From NCBI GenBank assembly GCA_014896235.1, contig JADBKU010000014.1:16435-80434 (forward strand): a stretch of 64,000 nt of DNA. The letters are read 5' to 3'. A program made the translations under genes and the position numbers. Under the pieces are notes generated by a model that did no database searches, had not been told where the DNA came from, and saw nothing but the letters and a program-made list of their open reading frames with translations. Of the stretch, positions 56,492 through 64,000 are shown piece after piece; positions within the stretch are counted from its first letter, which is position 1, and every line of letters starts with the position of its first letter. Origin of the DNA: a bacterium. Lineage in GTDB: Bacteria; Desulfobacterota; Binatia; Binatales; Binataceae.

Positions 56492-58849
56492 TCACAATTC
56501 CACGCGCCGCAGCCGCAGCGAATTCGCCACGACCGAAATCGAACTCGCGCTCATCGCCGCGCTCGCGATCATCGGATTCAGCAGCAACCCGATAAACGGA
56601 TACAGCGCGCCCGCCGCGATCGGCACGCCGAGCATATTGTAAACGAACGCGAAAAAAAGATTCTGCCGGATATTCCGCATCGTCGCGCGGCTCAGACGGA
56701 CCGCGCGGACAATTCCCATCAAATCGCCCTTGACCAGCGTGATTCCGGCGCTCTGCATCGCGACGTCGGTTCCCGTGCCCATCGCGATTCCCACCGTCGC
56801 TGCGGCCAGCGCCGGCGCGTCGTTGATTCCGTCGCCCGCCATCGCGACCACGCGCCCTTCGCTTTGCAGGCGGCGCACCGTCTCGGCCTTGTCCGCCGGC
56901 GTCGCCTCCGCGATAAATTCCCTGATTCCGAGCCGCCGCGCCACCGCCTCCGCCGTCGCCCGGCTGTCGCCGGTAAGCATCACCACCCGGATTCCGGCGC
57001 CGGACAGTTGCGCGAGCGCCGCCGGCGTCGATTCCTTGATCGGATCGGCGACCGCGATAAGTCCCGCCGGCGCCCCGTCGATCGCGACGAAGACGACCGT
57101 CGCGCCTTCCGCCCGCAGCTTCGCCGCGCGCGTCTCCAACTCGGCGACGGCCGCACTTGCGCCGGTGAAAATCGAAGCGCGGCCGACGGCTACCTTGCGC
57201 CCTTCGGCGGCGCCGAAGACGCCGACGCCGGGCGTCGATTTGAAGTCGTCGGCTCCGGTGAAAACGGCGCCGCGTTCTCGCGCGCCCGCGACAATCGCGG
57301 CGGCCAGCGGATGCTCGCTCAGACGCTCAACGCTCGCGGCGAGCCGCAAAATTTCGTTTTCGGGAACGCCGCCAAGAGTTTGCACGTCCACCAGCCGCGG
57401 CTTGCCGGCGGTCAGCGTGCCGGTCTTGTCGATCACGATCGTATCGACCTTCTCCATCTGTTCGAGCGCTTCGGCATTGCGAATCAATACGCCCGCATGC
57501 GCCCCCCGGCCTGTGCCGACCATGACCGCGAGCGGCGTGGCGAGACCCAACGCGCACGGACAGGCGATTATCAGCACGGCGACCGCGGCAAGAATCGCAT
57601 GCGCGAGGCGCGGTTGCGGCCCCGCCAGATACCACGCCGCGAACGCCACCGCCGCCGCCGCCATCACCATCGGCACGAAATAGCCCGACACCATATCGGC
57701 CATCCGCTGAATCGGCGCGCGGCTGCGCTGCGCCTCGGCCACCATCCGCACGATTTGCGCCAGCACGGTTTCGGCGCCGACCCGCTCCGCGCGCATCACG
57801 AACGAGCCGGCGCCGTTGACCGTCGCGCCGATCACGCGATCGCCCGCCGCTTTTTCCACGGGCATCGGCTCGCCCGTAATCATCGACTCGTCGATCGCGC
57901 TCGCGCCTTCGGCGATTATGCCGTCGACTGGAATCTTTTCGCCCGGCCTGACACGCAGCAGATCGCCCACTTGGACGCGTTCGAGCGGCGCGTCCTCTTC
58001 GATTCCGCCGGGCCGTACGATTCGCGCCGTCCGCGGCGCCATCCCGAGCAGCTCGCGAATCGCTCCCGCCGTCCGGCCGCGCGCGCGCAGCTCCAGCACC
58101 TGGCCCAGCAGCACCAGCGCGACGATAACCGCCGCCGCCTCGAAATAGACCGGCGGCAGCCCGCCCGCGCCACGCGCCGACGGCGGAAAGATTTGCGGCG
58201 CGAGCGCGGCGATCAGGCTGTAGCCGTACGCGATGCCAACGCCGAGCGAAATCAGCGTGAACATGTTGAGGCTGCGGTTCGCGACCGAACGCGCGCCGCG
58301 CGCGAAAAACGGCGCCGCGCCCCAAACCACCACCGGCGTCGCCAGCGCAAGCTCGATCCATTCGACTGTGCGCATCCCGCCGAGCGCCCGTTGTATCGGC
58401 ATGCCCGGCAACGCATCGGACATCGCCAGCGCGAGCAGCGGCGCCGACAGTACGGCGCTGACCCAGAAGCGCCTCGTCATGCCGATCAGCTCCGGATTCG
58501 GCGGCTCCGCCTCCGCCGCCGCAACGTGCGCCTCCAGCGCCATTCCGCAAAGCGGACAATCGCCCGGCGCCGAACGGCGCACCTCCGGATGCATCGGACA
58601 GGTGTAATATGCCGCCGCATCGTTGACCGCCGGCGCGGCGGCCGGCTTCGCCGCCAGGTATTCCGCCGGCGCGGCGGCGAATTTCTTCATGCATCCTTCG
58701 CAGCAAAAAAGAAATTCGCGCGCCTCGTGATTATGCCGCCACTTCGCCGTCGCCGGATTCACCGTCATCCCGCAAACGGGATCTTTCGCCATGATCGCGC
58801 CGGTGGCGGCGTTCGCCGGACCGTGATGGATTCCGCACTTATGTTCCAT
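56492..58849 (-). CDS. copA: Copper-translocating P1B-type ATPase
   Basis: CPC motif [28 protein letters not shown]. The N-terminus has DPVCGMTV (TRASH/YHS-like) and [15 protein letters not shown] chose the ATG at 58849, 5 nt after the csoR stop. Confidence 0.95.
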   Translation of the reverse strand: MEHKCGIHHGPANAATGAIMAKDPVCGMTVNPATAKWRHNHEAREFLFCCEGCMKKFAAAPAEYLAAKPAAAPAVNDAAAYYTCPMHPEVRRSAPGDCPLCGMALEAHVAAAEAEPPNPELIGMTRRFWVSAVLSAPLLALAMSDALPGMPIQRALGGMRTVEWIELALATPVVVWGAAPFFARGARSVANRSLNMFTLISLGVGIAYGYSLIAALAPQIFPPSARGAGGLPPVYFEAAAVIVALVLLGQVLELRARGRTAGAIRELLGMAPRTARIVRPGGIEEDAPLERVQVGDLLRVRPGEKIPVDGIIAEGASAIDESMITGEPMPVEKAAGDRVIGATVNGAGSFVMRAERVGAETVLAQIVRMVAEAQRSRAPIQRMADMVSGYFVPMVMAAAAVAFAAWYLAGPQPRLAHAILAAVAVLIIACPCALGLATPLAVMVGTGRGAHAGVLIRNAEALEQMEKVDTIVIDKTGTLTAGKPRLVDVQTLGGVPENEILRLAASVERLSEHPLAAAIVAGARERGAVFTGADDFKSTPGVGVFGAAEGRKVAVGRASIFTGASAAVAELETRAAKLRAEGATVVFVAIDGAPAGLIAVADPIKESTPAALAQLSGAGIRVVMLTGDSRATAEAVARRLGIREFIAEATPADKAETVRRLQSEGRVVAMAGDGINDAPALAAATVGIAMGTGTDVAMQSAGITLVKGDLMGIVRAVRLSRATMRNIRQNLFFAFVYNMLGVPIAAGALYPFIGLLLNPMIASAAMSASSISVVANSLRLRRVEL

Positions 58850-58854
58850 GCCTG

Positions 58855-59175
58855 TCACGCTAGAAAACGATCGAGCGCGCCGATCAATTCCTCGATTTTC
58901 GCCCGCGAGCCGCCGGCCGCAAGCGCGTCGGCGACGCAGGTCTCCAGATGTTCCCGCAGCAGGATCAACGCCGCGCGATCGAGCGCGCGCCGCGCCGCCG
59001 CAATCTGCTGCAGCACGTCCACGCAATACGCATCGCCCTCGACCATCCTGCCGACGCCGCGCAACTGCCCCTGCGCGCGATTCAGGCGCGCCAGGATATC
59101 GCGCTTCAGCCGGGCCGCCCGCGGCCGGGGTTTGAGCCGGGCGGTCCGGCCATGGTTGGATCCCAATCCAGTCAT
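58855..59175 (-). CDS. csoR: CsoR-family copper-sensing transcriptional repressor
   Basis: [29 protein letters not shown]...REHLETCV (C-H-C ligand set). The start could be ATG 59175 or GTG 59193. Confidence 0.85.
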   Translation of the reverse strand: MTGLGSNHGRTARLKPRPRAARLKRDILARLNRAQGQLRGVGRMVEGDAYCVDVLQQIAAARRALDRAALILLREHLETCVADALAAGGSRAKIEELIGALDRFLA

Positions 59176-59213
59176 ACTCCCAGACAGTATCACCTATACT
59201 GGGCGGGAGTATA
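59174..59213. promoter_or_regulatory. Two tandem ATACT-N7-AGTAT inverted repeats (candidate CsoR operators)
   Basis: ATACTcccagacAGTAT (59174-59190) and tATACTgggcgggAGTATa (59195-59213), centres 22 bp apart, at or upstream of the csoR start. Confidence 0.4.
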
Positions 59214-59243
59214 TTACGGGAGTTCGGGCGGAGCAAGACGGGC

Positions 59244-60416
59244 TCAATCCCCGGCGCCCAACGCCTCCATCGCGAGGTCGTGGATCATCGGCCTGAACTC
59301 GCGGATAGCCTCGTTGTCGCGACGCGGATGAACGCGGTTGGTCAGCAGCACGATCGAGATTCCGGCCGACGGCTCGATCCAAATCGAAGTTCCCGTGAAA
59401 CCCAGATGGCCGACGGCGGCGGGCGAAAAATGGCGCCCCGAGCTTGAATACGCGGGCGATGGCGTGTCCCATCCGAGCGCCCAGGTCGAGCCGCGCACGG
59501 CGGAATCGCGCGTCCAGAATTCGCGGACGATCTTTTGCGGCAGGAAATCGGAATGGCCGGCCCACGCCGCCATCAATTCAACCGCGATTCGATCGATTTC
59601 CGCCGCCGGCGCGAACAATCCCGCGTGCCCCGCCACCCCGCCCATCGCGTAGGCGTTTTCGTCCTCGACCTCGCCGCAAAGAATCCGCCGGCGGATCGGA
59701 CAGAATCCGGTCGCCGCGAACATCTCTGCGACCGGTTCGAGCCGGCGCACCCGCGCGAGCGCCAGATCGAAAAATCCGGTCGCGCGCAGTCCCAGCGGCC
59801 GGAAAATCCGCTCGACGCAAAAGCGATCGAGCTGAGACAGGCCGATCTGCTCGATCGCCTCGCCGAGCAGCATGAAATTCAGGTCTGAATAGATGGCGCG
59901 GATGCCGGGCGGCGCTTCCGGGCGTTCGCGATGGATTTCCTCGTAAACGAAATCGCGCGCGGCGCGGCTCGCCATGAAGTTGACCCGTCCGCCGCGCTCG
60001 ATCGCGGCCACGCGCTCGTAAAATGGGCGCCACGCCGCCAGTCCCGAACAATGCGCCAGCAGATGGCGGAAGGTCACGCCGCCCTTCCCATGCACTCCCA
60101 GATTCGGCAGGTAGCGGCCGACCCGCTCGTCGAGCTTTAACTTGCCCTCTGCGACGAGCGCCATCGCCGCGGTCGCGGTCGCCAGCGGCTTGGTCAGCGA
60201 CGACAGATCGAAGACCGTATCCAATCGCATCGGCGCCGGTTCAGGCTCGCGGCGGCGAAACCCGAAGGCGCCTTGATACTCGATATCCGCGCCGCGCCGC
60301 GCGATCAGAACCGCGCCCGGAATCACGCCTCTTTCGATCGCTTCGGCGAACGCCTGTTCGACCTCGCACCAACTCACGGCATGTCCCTCCTCTGCGCGCG
60401 CCCCCTGCGCGCACAC
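59244..60416 (-). CDS. Serine hydrolase, beta-lactamase/PBP4*-like family
   Basis: SxxK motif [12 protein letters not shown], a YSD/YxN-like motif (IYSDLNF) and a C-terminal [10 protein letters not shown] (HxG); 390 aa. The start is uncertain. Confidence 0.8.
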   Translation of the reverse strand: MCAQGARAEEGHAVSWCEVEQAFAEAIERGVIPGAVLIARRGADIEYQGAFGFRRREPEPAPMRLDTVFDLSSLTKPLATATAAMALVAEGKLKLDERVGRYLPNLGVHGKGGVTFRHLLAHCSGLAAWRPFYERVAAIERGGRVNFMASRAARDFVYEEIHRERPEAPPGIRAIYSDLNFMLLGEAIEQIGLSQLDRFCVERIFRPLGLRATGFFDLALARVRRLEPVAEMFAATGFCPIRRRILCGEVEDENAYAMGGVAGHAGLFAPAAEIDRIAVELMAAWAGHSDFLPQKIVREFWTRDSAVRGSTWALGWDTPSPAYSSSGRHFSPAAVGHLGFTGTSIWIEPSAGISIVLLTNRVHPRRDNEAIREFRPMIHDLAMEALGAGD

Positions 60417-60428
60417 GCCGCGCGCCGC

Positions 60429-61364
60429 CTAGCTCACGACGGCATCCTCGCATACCAGGCGCCGCGCGCCGGCTTCGAGCCGCACCGTGGCGCCGAACGG
60501 CAGCGTCAAGTTCTCCGAGCCGTGTCCCGCCTCGATTCCGAACAACACCGGACAGCCGAGATCGCGCGTCTGCTCCGCGGCGAACTCCGCTATTCGGATC
60601 CGTTCAAGCTCGTCGCCGCCCAGCGGCCGGATTGCGCCGAAGACGATTCCCGCGACCCGGCCGAGCGCGCCCGACTGCCGCAACTGCACGAGCATCCGAT
60701 CGATGCGATAAGCTTTTTCACCCGTATCTTCAAGGAACAGGATCCGGCCGTCGAAACGCGGCGCGTACGGCGTGCCGAGGGTCGCGACTACTACCGACAG
60801 GCATCCGCCGATCAGTTCGCCGGCGGCGGTTCCCGGCCGCAGCGCCGCCTCCGCTTCGAGTTCGAAACCGTCCGGTGCGCCGCCGAGCAGGCGCTGGAGA
60901 TGCGCGCTCGACCGCGGCGTCAGGCCGCGCGCGAAATCCATCGCCACCATCGGGCCGTGAAACGCGATCACGCCCGCACGATCGACCAGTGCATTGAGCA
61001 CAAACGTCGCATCGGAGAAGCCTACAAAAATTTTGGGCCGGCGCGCGATCGCCGCGTAATCGATCTGCGGCAGAATCCGGCCCGCGCCGTAACCGCCACG
61101 CGCCGCGAAAATCGCGCGCACTTCCGGATCGGCGAAAAATGCGTTCAGCTCCGCCGCCCGCACCGCGTCAGTTCCCGCCATGATTCCGGCGCGATCCAGC
61201 GCATGTGCTGACACTTTGACCCGGTAACCCAGCGCCGCGAGCGCGCCGACGCCCGCCTCGAGATAGCCGCGTTCGAGCGCCGCCGACGGCGCCACCACTC
61301 CCACCACGTCTCCCGGTCTCAGCGCCGGCGGCTTCCGCGGTTTCGCCATCGCGATTCGATTCAT
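60429..61364 (-). CDS. ldcA: LD-carboxypeptidase (peptidase S66, muramoyltetrapeptide carboxypeptidase)
   Basis: LRPGDVVGVVAPSAAL.., ..FVGFSDATF.. (nucleophile Ser), ..FGIEAGHG.. (His); 311 aa. Confidence 0.85.
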   Translation of the reverse strand: MNRIAMAKPRKPPALRPGDVVGVVAPSAALERGYLEAGVGALAALGYRVKVSAHALDRAGIMAGTDAVRAAELNAFFADPEVRAIFAARGGYGAGRILPQIDYAAIARRPKIFVGFSDATFVLNALVDRAGVIAFHGPMVAMDFARGLTPRSSAHLQRLLGGAPDGFELEAEAALRPGTAAGELIGGCLSVVVATLGTPYAPRFDGRILFLEDTGEKAYRIDRMLVQLRQSGALGRVAGIVFGAIRPLGGDELERIRIAEFAAEQTRDLGCPVLFGIEAGHGSENLTLPFGATVRLEAGARRLVCEDAVVS

Positions 61365-61419
61365 TCCTCCGGCGTCGCCGCGCCGGGCGAACGGCAGGAT
61401 CGCCCCGGGGCGTATGCGC

Positions 61420-62439
61420 CTAAAGCGATCGTCCGACCGCCTCCGCCACCGGCCCGAGCGCGGCCATCAGATGCGCGAAACTCGCCGGCGTCAACTGTTG
61501 CGGACCGTCGGAGAGCGCGGCGGCCGGGTTCGGATGGACTTCGATCAGCAGGCCGTCCGCGCCTGCGGCGACCGCCGCCAGCGCCATCGGTTCGACCAGC
61601 GACCACGCGCCGGTGCCGTGGCTGGGATCGACGATCACCGGCAGATGGGTCCATTGCTTGAGCAGCGGCACGGCATTGAGATCAAGGGTGTTGCGGGTCG
61701 CCGCTTCGAACGTCCTGATTCCGCGCTCGCACAGCACCACGTCGGGATTTCCTTCGGAGAGAATATATTCCGCCGCCATCAGGAATTCGTCGAGCCGCGT
61801 CGCCATCCCCCGTTTCAGCAACACCGGCTTGCGGATCCGTCCGAGCCGGCGCAAAAGCGCGAAATTCTGCGCATTGCGCGCCCCCACCTGCAGCATGTCG
61901 GCGTGTTCCGCGACCAGCTCGATATCCTGCGCGTCCATGATTTCGGTAACGACCGGCAGTCCGACGCGGCGCGCGGCTGTTTCGAGGAGCGCGAGGCCGC
62001 GATCCTCCATCCCCTGAAACGAATAGGGCGAGGTGCGCGGCTTGTATGCGCCGCCGCGCATCAGATGGGCGCCGGCGCGCTTCACCGCGTCGGCCGCGCC
62101 TTCCACCTGTTCGGCGCTTTCGACCGCGCACGGCCCGCCCATCACAACGATTCGCCGCCCGCCGATTTCAACTCCGCCGACCGCGACGCGCGATCCCTCG
62201 GGCCGGACCTCGCGGCTCGCGAGCTTGTACGGCCTGAGCACCGGCATCACCCGCTCGACTCCCGCGACGGATTCGAGATGGGCGAGCGAATGACCCTCGC
62301 CGCGCTCATCGCCAACGCACGCGACGACGGTGCGTTCAACCCCGCGAATCACGTGAGCGCGATAGTCAAGCGCTTCGACCATCCGCACCACGTTCGCGAT
62401 TTCGGCGTCGCCGGCCCGCGGCCGCATCACGACGATCAT
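61420..62439 (-). CDS. 3-deoxy-7-phosphoheptulonate (DAHP) synthase, type I-beta with an N-terminal ferredoxin-like regulatory domain
   Basis: MIVVMRPRAGDAEI..VRMVEALDY (FL domain), then GPCAVES.., RGGAYKPRTSPYSFQG.., KRG.., DPSHG. Confidence 0.9.
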   Translation of the reverse strand: MIVVMRPRAGDAEIANVVRMVEALDYRAHVIRGVERTVVACVGDERGEGHSLAHLESVAGVERVMPVLRPYKLASREVRPEGSRVAVGGVEIGGRRIVVMGGPCAVESAEQVEGAADAVKRAGAHLMRGGAYKPRTSPYSFQGMEDRGLALLETAARRVGLPVVTEIMDAQDIELVAEHADMLQVGARNAQNFALLRRLGRIRKPVLLKRGMATRLDEFLMAAEYILSEGNPDVVLCERGIRTFEAATRNTLDLNAVPLLKQWTHLPVIVDPSHGTGAWSLVEPMALAAVAAGADGLLIEVHPNPAAALSDGPQQLTPASFAHLMAALGPVAEAVGRSL

Positions 62440-62922
62440 CGCGCGGCGCCCTCCCCGGTGCGCATCCTGGCGGCGATTGAATCTTTTGCCGGCCGACGCG
62501 AGCGACAGCCGATGGCGAGCTTAGGCGCGGACGGCGGAGCGCGGCGCAAATCGATTTTGCAAGGCAGGTACGATGCGCTGATCGGGCGCATGCGTTCCTT
62601 GTATCACGCCCAATTCCGGTTTTCAGCGTTTTTTCCCTTGTAATCGATATTTTCCCGCGCGCGGCTGAACCGCTCGACGGATTAGGCCGGAAAAGCGAGT
62701 ACCCGCGTTATAAGCCGCCATCGCGTTCGATCGCCATGATCCGGCCGCAAAGGCGCGGCGGCCATAAGCGTCAAGGTCGGCCAGCGGAATGTCGCTTTTG
62801 AGCGCCGAACGCATCGAACGCGCCATTGAACGCGCCGCCCAACCCTTTTACTATGGGTCTCAATCGCGGTCCGCCGCACTCCGCGCGGAGGATTCGCAAT
62901 CTCGGCATCTACCGCGACGGAG

Positions 62923-63720
62923 ATGACTGTGCCTCGCAAACCGCACCAACCATTGCGCCTGCTGCATACGTCCGACGTTCACCTGGAGAGCGACACCTTC
63001 GGCGTCGGCGTGCGCGGCGACGAGTTTCGCAATCGCGTCAGGCGCGCGTTCGCGGGCGTGATCGATCTCGCCAACCGTCGGGAGAGCGATTTGCTGCTGA
63101 TCGTCGGCGACCTGTTCGATTCGAGCCGGGTGTCGGCTGAAGCGATGGAATTCGCGCTCGGCCAGATCGGGCGCGCGCGGATGCCGGTGGTGATGATTCC
63201 CGGCAATCACGACGCGCACGACGAACGGTCGATTTACGCCGCGCTCGACCCCGCGCTACTCCCGGCAAATCTGCATCTGATCCTCGAGCCGGAAGGCCGC
63301 GTCATCGATTTTCCGGAACTCGGCGCGCGTATCTGGGGCAAGGCGCTGGTCGAGCATTCGCCCGACTATCGCCCCCTCGGCGGCATCCCCGCGCCGCATC
63401 CTGAACGCTGGAATATCGCCCTGGCGCACGGGCTGTTCACCGAAGACGGCGGCAACGGCCGCTCTTCGCCGATCACTCCCGATGAAATTGAGGCGAGCGC
63501 GTGGGACTATATCGCGCTCGGCCACGTGCACGTCTTTGGCGACGTGTCGCGCGGTCTCACGCGCGCGGCCTACTGCGGCACTCCGGCGCCGCTTTACGCC
63601 AGTTCCGAGGCGGGATGGGTCGCATGGGTCACATGCGTTCCGGGCGAACCGGTGCGGCTCGATAGGCTACTTATCACGGATGACGCGATCGCGGCCGCGC
63701 AACCGGCCGACCTACCCTGA
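62923..63720 (+). CDS. Metallophosphoesterase (SbcD/Mre11-like calcineurin-fold)
   Basis: LLHTSDVHL, LLIVGDLFD, IPGNHD, LAHG, GHVH motifs in order; 265 aa. GACGGAG RBS. Confidence 0.8.
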   Translation: MTVPRKPHQPLRLLHTSDVHLESDTFGVGVRGDEFRNRVRRAFAGVIDLANRRESDLLLIVGDLFDSSRVSAEAMEFALGQIGRARMPVVMIPGNHDAHDERSIYAALDPALLPANLHLILEPEGRVIDFPELGARIWGKALVEHSPDYRPLGGIPAPHPERWNIALAHGLFTEDGGNGRSSPITPDEIEASAWDYIALGHVHVFGDVSRGLTRAAYCGTPAPLYASSEAGWVAWVTCVPGEPVRLDRLLITDDAIAAAQPADLP

Positions 63721-63771
63721 CCGTCTCAAAGACGCGCCGAACGCGCTGGCGGCCATCGACCTGCCGGCGCG

Positions 63772-64000
63772 TCAGGCCGCGCGGGACCGGCGCCGCGCCC
63801 GCATCGGTTGGGCTTCGCCCGGAACCGCAAGCGGCGCCTTTCTGACAGCTTCGGGCGCCATTTGGCGCAGGTGCGGAAAGCTCGCGCAAAGCCGCGCAAA
63901 AAGCCGCTCGAAGCTGCCGTCATCGATCGGCTTGAGGATATAATCCAGCGCGCCTTCGCTTAAAAAAACGCGGCGAATCTCGGGAAAGGCCGGCTCGCTG
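63772..64000 (-). CDS. Response-regulator receiver domain protein, 5'-partial (runs off the window end)
   Basis: The minus-strand frame is open to nt 64000: ..EIRRVFLSEGALDYILKPIDDGSFERLFARL.. (the REC alpha4-beta5 GA.DYL.KP pattern). Stop at 63772-63774. Confidence 0.4.
   Translation of the reverse strand, partial: SEPAFPEIRRVFLSEGALDYILKPIDDGSFERLFARLCASFPHLRQMAPEAVRKAPLAVPGEAQPMRARRRSRAA

Noticed and set aside
62623-62826. 67-aa minus-strand ORF containing ..SNAMAAYNAGTRF.., reminiscent of the AYNAG motif of lytic transglycosylases (possible SLT gene remnant upstream of the DAHP synthase gene)
   Set aside because: Only one short motif matches, the catalytic Glu/GLMQ regions are absent, and a stop lies immediately upstream in frame. 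The evidence is too thin to call even a pseudogene.
62440-62922. The long (about 480 nt) region upstream of the DAHP synthase gene, considered as an amino-acid-responsive leader, riboswitch or small RNA
   Set aside because: It holds only imperfect hairpins (for example ACGCATGCGC..GCGCATCGT) and no leader peptide rich in aromatic codons. I found no recognisable T-box or riboswitch core.
1-64000. Scan for tRNA, rRNA, CRISPR arrays and classical defence genes (RM, Cas, TA, retron RT, Abi)
   Set aside because: The T-loop-like strings (GGTTCGA..) I found by eye lie inside coding sequence. I saw no regularly spaced direct repeats and no reverse transcriptase, nuclease/helicase or methyltransferase gene sets.

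Overview
High-GC (about 65-70% in coding regions) bacterial chromosomal segment. I saw no rRNA, tRNA or CRISPR array. All family names come from reading the translations and recognising motifs, not from database searches.

Gene order:
1. 1-8917 (+): group 3b-type [NiFe]-hydrogenase operon. It holds a cNMP-domain protein, a frameshifted diaphorase subunit, the small and large subunits and an endopeptidase, followed by hypA-F-C-D-E. There is no hypB.
2. 9106-9640: decayed IS3-family transposase relic.
3. 9670-19330 (-): Flp/Tad pilus locus (tadC, tadB, cpaF, cpaE, cpaC, cpaB, a tadE-like gene, two flp pilins) ending in a low-GC regulatory region. A DUF192 gene lies upstream.
4. 20691-26475 (+): hemX-like, hemA, hemC, cobA/hemD, hemB.
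5. 26523-29871 (-): tight six-gene operon of poorly characterised families.
6. lon, a frameshifted glgA, and rnhA.
7. 34824-42211 (-): stomatin/NfeD, HlyD-ABC-ABC2 exporter, ICMT-family methyltransferase, RCK K+ channel, trxB.
8. moaC, rlmI, VOC-family protein, YceI-like protein, LLM oxidoreductase.
9. 46.4-48.3 kb: low-GC islet with a membrane-anchored, toxin-less YD/Rhs-repeat protein and a small gene interrupted by an in-frame TAG.
10. RNase E/G, then an amidohydrolase-thiolase-DUF35-SDR operon containing a Rieske-gene stub.
11. HAD hydrolase, mpl, csoR-copA, serine hydrolase, ldcA, DAHP synthase, metallophosphoesterase and a partial response regulator.

I did not find an unambiguous new multi-gene system such as a defence island. 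The most noteworthy signals are:
- the Tad island, with an enhancer-type (sigma-54-like) pilin promoter region and an atypical second pilin;
- the six-gene operon of unknown function;
- the low-GC Rhs islet;
- an unusually high density of disrupted, otherwise conserved genes (three frameshifts, one in-frame stop, one gene stub), which needs read-level verification.
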